From Nitrosomonadaceae bacterium (GTDB taxonomy: Bacteria > Pseudomonadota > Gammaproteobacteria > Burkholderiales > Nitrosomonadaceae), in NCBI GenBank assembly GCA_036477105.1, contig JAZGCR010000202.1, positions 33 through 64,032 on the forward strand: 64,000 bases of DNA, given 5' to 3'. Both the position numbers and the translations under genes were made by a program. How positions within the stretch are numbered: position 1 is the first letter of the stretch; the number at the start of each line of letters is the position of its first letter. Under the pieces are notes generated by a model. That model saw nothing but the letters and a program-made list of their open reading frames with translations, did not search any database and had not been told where the DNA came from. Shown one piece after another: positions 42,644-51,317 of the stretch.

Positions 42644-42861
42644 GTGAGCGCGATAATCCATTAAAGACGTACCTTACTGATTCTGAAGACCAAGCTTTGG
42701 ATAATATAGCGGATAAATTGGGCATGAATCGCACATCCTTCTGCCGCCTTGCGGTATTAAATTACATGGTTGAACAAGAGGAGCTAGTTTCCCGCGTAGA
42801 GGAAATTACCAGTAGATTCAAATTGGGTGGGAAAAGGGTCGCTGATAGACCTTCTGAGTAA
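42640..42861 (+). CDS. ribbon-helix-helix (CopG/Arc-like) protein
   Basis: ..LKTYLTDSEDQALDNIADKLGMNRTSFCRLAVLNYM.. follows a beta-strand, helix, helix pattern. Confidence 0.55.
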   Translation: MSERDNPLKTYLTDSEDQALDNIADKLGMNRTSFCRLAVLNYMVEQEELVSRVEEITSRFKLGGKRVADRPSE

Positions 42862-42914
42862 ATTAGCATGGATAATACGATTTTAGCGCATCCTACGGTG
42901 AGGATAAGTGTCTG

Positions 42915-43886
42915 ATGCACTACTACAAACGGAATATTGGTGATTATGCGAAGAAAGCAGCTCGTCTTTCTCTTCTCCAGCACGGTGTTTATAGCCAACT
43001 CATAGACTGCTGTTATGACAGAGAAACCTTTCCCACCCTGGAAGAAGCGATCGATTGGCTTTGGGCATCGAATGCCGAAGAGGAAGAAGCTGTTAAATTT
43101 GTATTGAACAAATTTTTCACCCTTCAAAGTGATGGCAAATTTGTCCAATCTCGTATTCAAGAAGAGATCCAAAATTACCAAGGACAATGTTTATCGAACG
43201 CCATTAATGGCAAAAAAGGGGGTAGACCAAAGGGTTCCACAAAAAAACCAAATAAAACCCATCCGGTTAATTCAGAAACCCAACCGGTTAATTTAGAAAG
43301 CGAAATAAAGCCAAGTGGGTCTGAAATAAACCCTAAACCACTAACCACTAACCAAGAACCAATAACCAAGAAACAGATACCCCCTAAATCCCCCAAGGGG
43401 GATCATAATAGATTTGATGAATTTTATTTAGCCTATCCACGAAAGGCTGCAAGAGCACAGGCACTGAAAACTTGGAACAAACTCAAACTTGATGACGATT
43501 TGATTAACCGTATTTTGCAAGACATCCCAATAAGAATTAAATCTGGTGAATTTGATGTTAACGATAAAACCCACATTCCCCACCCGTCGACATATCTGAA
43601 TGGCCGGCGCTGGGAGGATGAAATAACCACGATAGGAGTTCCACGTGAAACACATCAACAGCCTGGTGGAGAAAGAAGATTATCAGCGGTCGATAGGTTA
43701 CGGGATTCAGCCGCAGAGCGAGAACGGGATCTCGACCAGCAAATCAGAGACGCTGAAACAGAGGAAGCGCTTGGATCGGGTTTGGACGCGCATGGGGGAA
43801 ATCTATGGCCACCAGCTGATCAGCCAGTATGGGGAGAGGATTCCGGATACATGGGTCCACCTCCTGATGGAATTCTCGTCAACTGA
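42915..43886 (+). CDS. DUF1376 (YdaU-like) replication initiation-associated protein
   Basis: The N-terminus MHYYKRNIGDYAKKAARLSLLQHGVYSQLIDCCYDRE.. is the characteristic DUF1376 opening. The C-terminal about 80 codons overlap the next gene. Confidence 0.7.
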   Translation: MHYYKRNIGDYAKKAARLSLLQHGVYSQLIDCCYDRETFPTLEEAIDWLWASNAEEEEAVKFVLNKFFTLQSDGKFVQSRIQEEIQNYQGQCLSNAINGKKGGRPKGSTKKPNKTHPVNSETQPVNLESEIKPSGSEINPKPLTTNQEPITKKQIPPKSPKGDHNRFDEFYLAYPRKAARAQALKTWNKLKLDDDLINRILQDIPIRIKSGEFDVNDKTHIPHPSTYLNGRRWEDEITTIGVPRETHQQPGGERRLSAVDRLRDSAAERERDLDQQIRDAETEEALGSGLDAHGGNLWPPADQPVWGEDSGYMGPPPDGILVN

Positions 43887-44130
43887 TTTGAAACGGGGAC
43901 TTGAGGGACTTCTAAAACGCGACAGTAACTGGCCGCCTAATGCAATTGAGTTCAGGGATTTGTGCATCAAAAATAGCAAAGCACATGCCAAGAACCATAC
44001 AGCCTATATCGATTTTAGTGATCCTGAGCACCCAAATTATGAACCACCACGCATTGAAAGTTACGAAATGAAAAAGGAACGTGAGGCTTCTGCCAAAACG
44101 GCATTGGCACAAATGAAGGGGATGTTTTAA
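43645..44130 (+). CDS. lambda P-like replication (helicase loader) protein
   Basis: ..LDRVWTRMGEIYGHQLISQYG..WVHLL..GLEGLLKRDSNWPPNAIEFRDLC.. recalls the lambda P N-terminal region (..W..F..G.....PFLPSPGQFVAWC). GTG 43645 has a TAGGAG RBS. Confidence 0.55.
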   Translation: MKHINSLVEKEDYQRSIGYGIQPQSENGISTSKSETLKQRKRLDRVWTRMGEIYGHQLISQYGERIPDTWVHLLMEFSSTDLKRGLEGLLKRDSNWPPNAIEFRDLCIKNSKAHAKNHTAYIDFSDPEHPNYEPPRIESYEMKKEREASAKTALAQMKGMF

Positions 44131-44261
44131 TGAGTTCAGCAGATATATGGCAATGTGCCTACTTAATAGCGCTGGCCCGGGGGCTTAGTCCTCCTAATGC
44201 CAAAGATATCGCCAATCAAGCGGTGGAGGATTGGGAAGCGTTTGAAAAGGACACAGTTTGA
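44130..44261 (+). CDS. 43-aa hypothetical protein
   Basis: MSSADIWQCAYLIALARGLSPPNAKDIANQAVEDWEAFEKDTV is coupled by overlaps at both ends (TAATG, TGATG). It is below the track cutoff. Confidence 0.45.
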   Translation: MSSADIWQCAYLIALARGLSPPNAKDIANQAVEDWEAFEKDTV

Positions 44262-44686
44262 TGCAGGGTAATGTTTACACTGTGAATTCAATCACTACCT
44301 TGGCACAAGCGACACAGGCCCTTGAGGCTGATTTTAAGGAACATAGATATCTTCAGGTCGATATCATCTTTGGCAAAGAACGATCCACTGATCAGAATAA
44401 ATTGATTTATAGGCTCTATAACGAAGCGGCGAAAATAAAAGATGGTGAAACTGCAGAGACTATTCGGTACGAATGCAAATTGAATATCGGTGTCCCCATG
44501 CTCTATGCCGAAGATGATGAATTCAGGAAAAAGTGGAAAGACAAGATTAAGCATCGATTTGGCTATGAACAACTCCTCGCAATGATGGTGTTTTTTCCTG
44601 TTACATCGCGTATGAATACTGATCAACTATCGCGATATGCTGAATCGGTATCGGTTAAATACGGGGTACCACTTCCTGAGCAGTAA
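44261..44686 (+). CDS. NinB/Orf-like recombination protein
   Basis: ..IIFGKERSTDQNKLIYRLYNEAAK.. resembles the NinB ..ERNRSLDQNRKLW.. core. It occupies the nin-region position. Confidence 0.5.
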   Translation: MQGNVYTVNSITTLAQATQALEADFKEHRYLQVDIIFGKERSTDQNKLIYRLYNEAAKIKDGETAETIRYECKLNIGVPMLYAEDDEFRKKWKDKIKHRFGYEQLLAMMVFFPVTSRMNTDQLSRYAESVSVKYGVPLPEQ

Positions 44687-44963
44687 ATTACGCAATTCCG
44701 CTAGAGGCCAAGACTGTCAGATTCGTATACCTGGGATCTGCAATCATGATCCCACAACAACCGTGTTGGCTCATTTGAATGGAGCTGGTATGGCCTATAA
44801 ACATTCTGATATCCACGGCGCCTATGCGTGTAGTCGATGTCATGCTGTAGTTGATGGTGAGAATCAAAATCTCTGGGATTTAGAGACATTAAAATTATGG
44901 CATCTCGAGGCCGTTATCAGAACTCAAATCATTATGCTGGGTGCAGGATTGATTAAAATTTAA
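44637..44963 (+). CDS. DUF1364 (nin-region, zinc-binding) protein
   Basis: ..SARGQDCQIRIPGICNHDPTTTVLAHLNG..K.SD..GAYACSRCHAVVDG.. matches the DUF1364 pattern. The exact start is uncertain. Confidence 0.6.
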   Translation: MLNRYRLNTGYHFLSSKLRNSARGQDCQIRIPGICNHDPTTTVLAHLNGAGMAYKHSDIHGAYACSRCHAVVDGENQNLWDLETLKLWHLEAVIRTQIIMLGAGLIKI

Positions 44964-45030
44964 TGGGCGCCGATACCACCTGGCACCCTGAGAGTTTATC
45001 TTGCTGTTGGTTGGTTAGTGTAGCGAGTAC

Positions 45031-45861
45031 CTACCGCCTGAAAATAGTCGTAATAGTGCCGCCATTTTCACGAGTGGCCGTTACTTGATGAACGTCTCCG
45101 TCGGATGGCAGCAAAGGAATTTCATAAATAATGACACCTTTGGAGTTTGATACACTAGAAAAGTTATTGGGAAATATAGTGTTACCTTCAAGTGCGGTGA
45201 CTGTGAAATTAACTTCTTCAAACAGATCAAGCCCAGAGATGGTAATTCTCATTACCCAATCACCATAATCAGCAAATATATAATCTGCTGTAATATCAGC
45301 TTTGCTATACCACTGAATCATCATTTCCAGGAGTTTTGAATCTGGCTGAAATATTGTGGAGTTTATATCCCTTTCAATATCTACCTCATTGCCATCAGAA
45401 TCAATAAAGAGGAATTCAGGCGTTTTCGACAATGAAAAATTACCATTTCCTGTATGTATATAATCCAAATTAAATACTCTATCCAGGCCTCCATCGGAAT
45501 TGTCACCATAAAGGTGTAAAACGACAGCCAAGTCGCCATCTGGGCTATCAGGTTTAATCAAAGAAATACTGCTTTCAGATGTAAGGTGAAAGTGTTTTAA
45601 AACACCGGGTTTAGTGGTCACTCCCACATCAGTTTTATATAGACCTTCGCTGATGAGAGAACCTGTTAGATCACAGGTTACTGTAGACCCATTGAAGACG
45701 GCACTATCCAAATCAACAATACCAAATACATCATATGCTCTTTCAGCACGAGGGCCAACTATGTGACCTTGTGCAGTGAAAGTAGCTTTATCCCCACCAT
45801 AAACATTGAAGGATGCAAGAAGCACAATAGTGGTTATGCTTAGTATATTTTTTAATCTCAT
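45031..45861 (-). CDS. exported protein (moron) on the opposite strand
   Basis: 276 aa with signal peptide MRLKNILSITTIVLLASFNVYG. It looks beta-rich and is flanked by non-coding DNA on both sides. Confidence 0.65.
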   Translation of the reverse strand: MRLKNILSITTIVLLASFNVYGGDKATFTAQGHIVGPRAERAYDVFGIVDLDSAVFNGSTVTCDLTGSLISEGLYKTDVGVTTKPGVLKHFHLTSESSISLIKPDSPDGDLAVVLHLYGDNSDGGLDRVFNLDYIHTGNGNFSLSKTPEFLFIDSDGNEVDIERDINSTIFQPDSKLLEMMIQWYSKADITADYIFADYGDWVMRITISGLDLFEEVNFTVTALEGNTIFPNNFSSVSNSKGVIIYEIPLLPSDGDVHQVTATRENGGTITTIFRR

Positions 45862-46013
45862 TTTACGCCTCGTTTTCTGTTATAGAACTGATTTAAATCA
45901 CCCACTAAGATAATCACTTATGATGTCTTATGGTAGTGTTTATTCATACAGCAGTTGACTGGCATCTGTAATTCTAGACTGTAAGTATATCCACTTGTTG
46001 TTGTACGTTATTT

Positions 46014-46211
46014 TTGATTATGATCGATAATTCAGATATGTATATTTCTAGGTGCTTCGACCAGGTGAATAGATTGATTTGGGAGTCCCCTGATAAGTTT
46101 ATTAACCATAACAAACTCGAGATATCCTACAATTCGTCAGAAACGATGGACGCCATTCCTCTGGGTAAAATGGAAAAGATCAGATATATAAAGGCAATTT
46201 ATAGTGATTAG
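46014..46211 (+). CDS. hypothetical protein
   Basis: 65-aa ORF with a TTG start (ATG 2 codons in); it precedes the hairpin and terminator pair. Confidence 0.35.
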   Translation: MIMIDNSDMYISRCFDQVNRLIWESPDKFINHNKLEISYNSSETMDAIPLGKMEKIRYIKAIYSD

Positions 46212-46301
46212 CGTCTGTTGTGTACAAATATCTGAAAGGCTGCTAGCATTCAAGAGCACTGGATTATCCAGTGTTGGGATTCAAAGCCTAAGCAAATGAT
46301 T

Positions 46302-46328
46302 AGCGCTCCTAAAGGGCGCTTTTTTTTG
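46302..46328 (+). terminator. rho-independent terminator upstream of the late/lysis genes
   Basis: AGCGC-TCCTAAAGG-GCGCT is followed by T8. It is preceded by a perfect 7-3-7 hairpin CACTGGA-TTA-TCCAGTG at 46257..46273. Confidence 0.65.
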
Positions 46329-46451
46329 ATCTACCTAAGGGTGGGTCGTCCAGGGCGCTTCGGCGCACCGTCATTTGCTCGGTACTTTGAACCTGTTCGG
46401 CCTGCCACCATCAAATTCTTTCAAGCGCAGGCCCTAAACAGAGCCGTGCTT

Positions 46452-46727
46452 ATGACCGAAAATAACATCAATCGTGCTGTAACTGTTTTATCCGTTGCCT
46501 GCATTATCTGGTGTGTTTCCAGCATTGCTACGCTCATCACCACCGTCGGTATGCAAGATGTCTATATTGAGAATATTCTCGCGACCGATACTAGGGTGTT
46601 TGCCAAACTGATTATCCACGGTGAACGCATAGCCGACGCCGAATCAAAGCTCAGTGGCCTGTCAGTATCCTTCGATATCATTATCAAGAATCAAGATAGG
46701 ATATTGAATAAATTGGATAGCGGATAA
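46452..46727 (+). CDS. single-TM membrane protein (lysis cassette candidate)
   Basis: MTENNINRAVTVLSVACIIWCVSSIATLITTV.. is followed by a coiled-coil-like tail. The internal ATG is chosen because the upstream part of the track ORF runs through the terminator. Confidence 0.5.
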   Translation: MTENNINRAVTVLSVACIIWCVSSIATLITTVGMQDVYIENILATDTRVFAKLIIHGERIADAESKLSGLSVSFDIIIKNQDRILNKLDSG

Positions 46728-46729
46728 CC

Positions 46730-47095
46730 ATGAAGATTATAATTGCTGTGTTCGCAATTCTCATTTCATTATCATCCACTGCAGCTGACAGGTGGCTCGA
46801 GCGCGATTATCAAAAATCATGGTGTGGAGCTCGTGCCGACCTGATAGCCATTGAATACCGCCTATCTGACAAAACCCGCGTTGATTGCCTCCTAGAAGAG
46901 TATGCCCTGGAGGTCGATTGGGATTATAAGTGGGCAGAATCTATTGGCCAGTCACTGTTTTACGCACTGATGACACGCAAGAAACCTGCTGTATTACTGA
47001 TTCTTGGGCCCCGGGGGGAACGGTATCTAAAACGTTTGGAGTTCGTGACCCATCACTATGGGATAACTGTATTCACAGTGGAGAAGCGGCAATGA
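46730..47095 (+). CDS. exported protein, unknown function
   Basis: 121 aa with signal peptide MKIIIAVFAILISLSSTAA. It is coupled to the holin gene by an ATGA overlap. Confidence 0.55.
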   Translation: MKIIIAVFAILISLSSTAADRWLERDYQKSWCGARADLIAIEYRLSDKTRVDCLLEEYALEVDWDYKWAESIGQSLFYALMTRKKPAVLLILGPRGERYLKRLEFVTHHYGITVFTVEKRQ

Positions 47096-47487
47096 ATCCA
47101 ATAATGTCATTGATTGGCCAGGTCTTTGAGCCCGCGGCAAAACTTATCGATGAATTACACACTTCTGACGAAGAACGGATCGACGCGAAAACTCGCATGC
47201 TGGCAGCACAAACCGGCTTGACGATGAAGGTACTGGATTACGAAGCCCAACTCATGCAAATGCAATCGAGCATTGTTCTGGCAGAAGCCAATGGTAAGAG
47301 CTGGCTGCAGCGGAACTGGCGCCCAATCACAATGATGGTATTTCTTTTCCTGGTGGTCATGGATAGCTTTGGATTTCTACCGTTTCGATTGGCAGACCAG
47401 GCCTGGACATTACTTCAGATAGGCCTGGGTGGGTACGTGGTCGGTAGAAGCGGTGAAAAGGTTATGAGTGCGATGAAGAGTAAATGA
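47092..47487 (+). CDS. holin (GTA-type 3-TM holin family-like)
   Basis: MNPIMSLIGQVFEPAAKLIDELHTSDEERIDAKTRM...NWRPITMMVFLFLVVMD.. fits the 'holin of 3 TMs for gene-transfer release' pattern. Confidence 0.65.
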   Translation: MNPIMSLIGQVFEPAAKLIDELHTSDEERIDAKTRMLAAQTGLTMKVLDYEAQLMQMQSSIVLAEANGKSWLQRNWRPITMMVFLFLVVMDSFGFLPFRLADQAWTLLQIGLGGYVVGRSGEKVMSAMKSK

Positions 47488-47499
47488 CTGGGAGATACT

Positions 47500-47709
47500 A
47501 TGAATTTTTTCGCTAAAATGTTCGGTTTTTCGGAGCCACTTGGCAAGGTTGTCTACTATCAAACCAGATCACAAAAGTGGCGCTGGAAGGTAGTGAATGC
47601 CAACGGAAAAACGGTTGTTAACCCAATTAAGAGTTTTCCCACCCAAATCGCTGCACAGCGATCATTTTATGATGTGCAAGATATTATGGATAGTCTGCCC
47701 AACTCGTAG
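47500..47709 (+). CDS. YegP/DUF1508-like small protein
   Basis: ..YYQTRSQKWRWKVVNANGKTVVNPIKSFPTQIAAQRSFYDV.. resembles one DUF1508 repeat. Confidence 0.5.
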   Translation: MNFFAKMFGFSEPLGKVVYYQTRSQKWRWKVVNANGKTVVNPIKSFPTQIAAQRSFYDVQDIMDSLPNS

Positions 47710-47721
47710 GATTTAGACAAT

Positions 47722-47931
47722 ATGGTTGATTCAGTAAAGAACATTGCTGGCCGCGATATCGACATCGCTGGCATTAGTGACCTTTGGCATGTAGCCGAGT
47801 TTTTGAAAACGGTAGAGGGTGATCTGAAGGTATTGAGTAAGACCACCGGTAAGTTCATTCCTTACTCCCAAGCAGTGCGGGAAACCTGGCAGCAGGCGGT
47901 TGCGATGGAACACCACATCAACCCCGTATGA
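47722..47931 (+). CDS. hypothetical protein
   Basis: 69-aa ORF; no motif recognised. Confidence 0.4.
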   Translation: MVDSVKNIAGRDIDIAGISDLWHVAEFLKTVEGDLKVLSKTTGKFIPYSQAVRETWQQAVAMEHHINPV

Positions 47932-48002
47932 CAAAAATTGTCACATAGTGATAGAATTTGTCATATTCTCTATGATCGACTCCCTGATAGGCGTCTTCCT
48001 GT

Positions 48003-49184
48003 ATGCAAAAACGAAGTATTGTCTATAAAGCTACCAACGCATTAATCCCCTATGTCGGAAATAGCCGCACACATAGTGAGGCCCAAGTCAAGCAAATAGC
48101 GGCGTCCATTCAAGAATTTGGTTTCACCAATCCTATTTTGATCGACGAAAACGACGGTATTATCGCCGGCCATGGTCGTATATTGGCCGCTGCCATGGTT
48201 GGCGAATTAAAAGTCCCTTGTATTGTCCTATCCGGCCTGACTAAAGCGCAAAAGAAAGCATTGGTCATCGCAGATAACCAACTCGCTTTGAATGCTGACT
48301 GGGATCTAGACAAACTCACCCTCGAGCTCGAATCTCTTATGGAGCTTGATTTCGACATGGATATGTTGGGTTTCGACGAAGACTTTTTAGACAGTCTGCT
48401 GGAACCGGAGGGAAATGCGGGTTTAACCGATGAAGACGCTGTGCCGGATCCACCTGAAAACCCAATAACTATCCTCGGTGATATTTGGATACTGGGCAAT
48501 CATCGGCTTATGTGCGGTGACAGTACCAGTATCGACGCTGTTGACAGATTAATGGATGGCCACAAGGCTGATATGATATTCACGGATCCACCATATAACG
48601 TAGGTTTCAATGGTCGCAGCGGAAAATTTGATATTATCGAAAATGATAACTTAAGCGATCAACACTTTGAGACATTTATTGATGGGGTTATTGCTACTAT
48701 CCATGCGGTGAATCCAGCTGTCTATTATATTTGGTGTAATTGGAAGTTTTACGGGTTACTACAAACAAAACTTAGCTACAAGGCCTGTATAGTATGGGCG
48801 AAAAACGTATTTGGCCTGGGAAGAGGCTATCGCCACCAACATGAGTTTTGCTTGTTTAATGGGAAGGTCGACGAATTTATCAAAAACGAGACAGATTTGT
48901 GGTCTGTTAAGAAAGATACTCAATATCTGCACCCGACGCAGAAGCCAGTTGAACTCAGTATTCGAGCATTTGGCAACCACATCAAACTAATAAACGTATT
49001 GGATTTGTTTGGTGGCAGCGGTTCAACGCTGATAGGGGCTCACATAACCAACAGAAAGGCATTTTTAATGGAATTGGATCCAAAATATTGTGATGTCATT
49101 ATCAAGCGTTGGGAGGAATACACCGGCCAGGACGCTGTTCTCGCTGAAACAGGTGTAACTTACAAGGAGACATCCAATGTCTAA
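48003..49184 (+). CDS. ParB-like nuclease domain fused to N6-adenine/N4-cytosine DNA methyltransferase
   Basis: The N-terminus ..LIPYVGNSRTHSEAQVKQIAASIQEFGFTNPILIDENDGIIAGHGR.. is ParB/Srx-like. The MTase part has ..MIFTDPPYNVGF.. (DPPY) and ..VLDLFGGSGSTLIGA.. (FxGxG). Confidence 0.85.
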   Translation: MQKRSIVYKATNALIPYVGNSRTHSEAQVKQIAASIQEFGFTNPILIDENDGIIAGHGRILAAAMVGELKVPCIVLSGLTKAQKKALVIADNQLALNADWDLDKLTLELESLMELDFDMDMLGFDEDFLDSLLEPEGNAGLTDEDAVPDPPENPITILGDIWILGNHRLMCGDSTSIDAVDRLMDGHKADMIFTDPPYNVGFNGRSGKFDIIENDNLSDQHFETFIDGVIATIHAVNPAVYYIWCNWKFYGLLQTKLSYKACIVWAKNVFGLGRGYRHQHEFCLFNGKVDEFIKNETDLWSVKKDTQYLHPTQKPVELSIRAFGNHIKLINVLDLFGGSGSTLIGAHITNRKAFLMELDPKYCDVIIKRWEEYTGQDAVLAETGVTYKETSNV

Positions 49185-49356
49185 ACCCGATGCATACACA
49201 AAAGCAGCAACCTGGTTGCACAGTTATGGGCTATGGCCCAAGCCATCATCCGACCACAACATCCTTTTGATGCTCCTGATCCTGTATTCCTGGATAGTCA
49301 TCATGTCACCGTTATTGGCTATAATGTTAATTATTCGGTATCTGAGAACACATTAG
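49177..49356 (+). CDS. 59-aa membrane protein (hypothetical)
   Basis: MSKPDAYTKAATWLHSYGLWPKPSSDHNILLMLLILYSWIVIMSPLLAIMLIIRYLRTH fills the gap between the MTase and TerS. It is below the track cutoff. Confidence 0.4.
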   Translation: MSKPDAYTKAATWLHSYGLWPKPSSDHNILLMLLILYSWIVIMSPLLAIMLIIRYLRTH

Positions 49357-49357
49357 G

Positions 49358-50029
49358 GTGAAGCCTGATTCAAAGGCCAAGGTCAAGGCCAAGACTAAAC
49401 CCAAACCGAAGACCAAAGCCAAAGCACAATCGAAGCCAAAGCCAAAGCCAAAGCCAAAGCCTAAGCCCAAGGCACCTTCGAAGCGGAAACCCAAGGCAAA
49501 AAAATCAAAGGCCAAAGCTCCCGATAAGCGCATTGGCAACAATTTCTGGCAGAACCGATGCAGCCACGGGCGCAACCCTGTATTTAAAACACCCGACAAT
49601 CTATGGGATGCATGCGAAGAGTACTTTGTATGGATGCAGGCAAATCCCCTAAAAGAACACAAGCAGTATCACCACCAGGGCAATATCAAAAATACTGTGA
49701 TGGCTCGTATGCGTGCTATGACTTTGAAAGGATTGTGCATATTCCTGGGCATTTCATTCAAAACTTGGACGAATTATTGTGAGCGAGATGAAGACGAGGA
49801 AAAAGGCTTTCTTCACATCACTACGCGCGTGCGTGAGATTATTTATACCCAGAAGTTCGAAGGTGCCGCAGCTGATTTGCTGAACGCCAACATAATAGCG
49901 CGGGATCTGGGACTTAAAGATGGCCATGAACTCAGTGGTCCAGGTGGAGGGCCATTAGAAATTGACTATGCAAAATCAGCAAGGGCAAGACTCAGAGGCA
50001 AGCTTATTCCAGAAGATGAGTCCGATTGA
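49358..50029 (+). CDS. terminase small subunit with N-terminal Lys/Pro repeat tract
   Basis: ..FKTPDNLWDACEEYFVWMQANPL..MTLKGLCIFLGISFKTWTNY..FEGAAADLLNANIIARDLGLKD is a familiar TerS pattern. It lies immediately upstream of TerL and starts with GTG. Confidence 0.7.
   Translation: MKPDSKAKVKAKTKPKPKTKAKAQSKPKPKPKPKPKPKAPSKRKPKAKKSKAKAPDKRIGNNFWQNRCSHGRNPVFKTPDNLWDACEEYFVWMQANPLKEHKQYHHQGNIKNTVMARMRAMTLKGLCIFLGISFKTWTNYCERDEDEEKGFLHITTRVREIIYTQKFEGAAADLLNANIIARDLGLKDGHELSGPGGGPLEIDYAKSARARLRGKLIPEDESD
49433..49471 (+). repeat. hexanucleotide (AAGCCA)n-like microsatellite encoding (KP)n
   Basis: aagccaaagccaaagccaaagccaaagcctaagcccaag lies within a broader K/P/A-rich tract, about 49364..49515. 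Confidence 0.9.
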
Positions 50030-51317
50030 CAGGGCGAAACTATTAGATTCATTGTCTGATGAGGAGGCCATAGCACTAGAAACGGATTGGGCCTTCTGGG
50101 CTCGCCCTGATCAAAAAATGCCGCTATCGCTACAAACTCACGAAAAAACGATATGGCTCCCGTTGGCTGGCCGTGGTTGGGGTAAGACACGCACCGGTGC
50201 TGAATTCATCAGGACGCTTGTCGACACAGGGAAATACGAAAGGTTCGCGCTGATAGGTCCAACTGCAGCTGATACCCGTGATGTGATGGTGGAGGGGGAA
50301 TCTGGAATACTGAGCATTTTCCCTGAAGCCCAGAGGCCTATTTATAATTCGTCCAAACGACTGATCACCTTTCACAATGGCGCTACAGCTCATTTATATT
50401 CAGCAGAAGAGCCCGATCGCCTACGGGGCCCTCAGCACCATGCGGGTTGGTGTGATGAAATATGTTCATGGCGTAAGCAGGAAGAGACCTGGGACATGTA
50501 TGAATTTGGGTTGCGGCTTGGCAAAATACCGCTGACCATTGTCACCACCACCCCCAAACCCACCAAATTTCTAAAAGAGTTCGTTAAAGATCCCGATGTT
50601 CATATCACCAAAGGTGTCACCAGTGACAATCGGCATAACCTGTCAAAGCGTTTCATCAAGCGTGTTATAGGGAAATATGAAGGGACACGGCTGGGGCGCC
50701 AGGAACTGAATGCAGAGATCCTGGACGATAACCCCAATGCACTGTTCAACCGTAAGGATATTGAAAAGGGAAGGGTGAGAAAACACCCTGAACTTGTCCG
50801 CATTGTGGTGGCGATTGACCCCGCGGTCACCAACAATGAGGATTCAGACGATACCGGTATTGTGGCCTGTGGCATAGACAGCAATAATCAAGGCTATGTA
50901 TTGGATGACAGCACACTCAAAGATGATGTGACTGTTTGGGCTGCGACAGCTGTAGGTCTATTTGATACACTGGAAGCCGACCTGATAGTGGGTGAGGCTA
51001 ATAACGGTGGAGATTTAATAGAAAATGTAATACGTCAAGCAGCAAAATTGCCCGATAGAAAGAAAAAATCCCCTATAGCCTATGAGAAGGTCACAGCGAC
51101 TCGAGGCAAGGCTATCAGGGCTGAGTTTTTAACGTTGTTATATGAACAAGGGCATATTCATCATGTGGGAACCTTTCCTGATTTAGAAGATGAAATGTGT
51201 GAATTTGACCCAACCTTGGAAAATCAAGTGTCGCCGAATAGAATGGATGCTCTGGTGTGGGCATTTACACTGTTGTTTAACAACGCGACTAGAGAAGTCC
51301 GAGTTATGGTGGTCTAG
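50016..51317 (+). CDS. terminase large subunit
   Basis: It has ..WAFWARPDQKMP..IWLPLAGRGWGKTRTGAEFI.. (Walker A-like) and ..HAGWCDEICSW.. (Walker B), plus a C-terminal nuclease region. ATG 50016 is preferred over the track start 49962. Confidence 0.85.
   Translation: MSPIDRAKLLDSLSDEEAIALETDWAFWARPDQKMPLSLQTHEKTIWLPLAGRGWGKTRTGAEFIRTLVDTGKYERFALIGPTAADTRDVMVEGESGILSIFPEAQRPIYNSSKRLITFHNGATAHLYSAEEPDRLRGPQHHAGWCDEICSWRKQEETWDMYEFGLRLGKIPLTIVTTTPKPTKFLKEFVKDPDVHITKGVTSDNRHNLSKRFIKRVIGKYEGTRLGRQELNAEILDDNPNALFNRKDIEKGRVRKHPELVRIVVAIDPAVTNNEDSDDTGIVACGIDSNNQGYVLDDSTLKDDVTVWAATAVGLFDTLEADLIVGEANNGGDLIENVIRQAAKLPDRKKKSPIAYEKVTATRGKAIRAEFLTLLYEQGHIHHVGTFPDLEDEMCEFDPTLENQVSPNRMDALVWAFTLLFNNATREVRVMVV

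Noticed and set aside
45990-46020. Sigma70 promoter TTGACT ... TAGACT upstream of 46014
   Set aside because: The spacing between the candidate -35 and -10 hexamers is about 14 nt, outside the usual 16-18 nt, and no better -10 lies at the correct distance.
49327-49662. 111-aa minus-strand ORF with GFGFGFGF repeats
   Set aside because: It is the antisense reading of the (AAGCCA)n Lys/Pro microsatellite in the TerS gene, so it is an artefact of the repeat.
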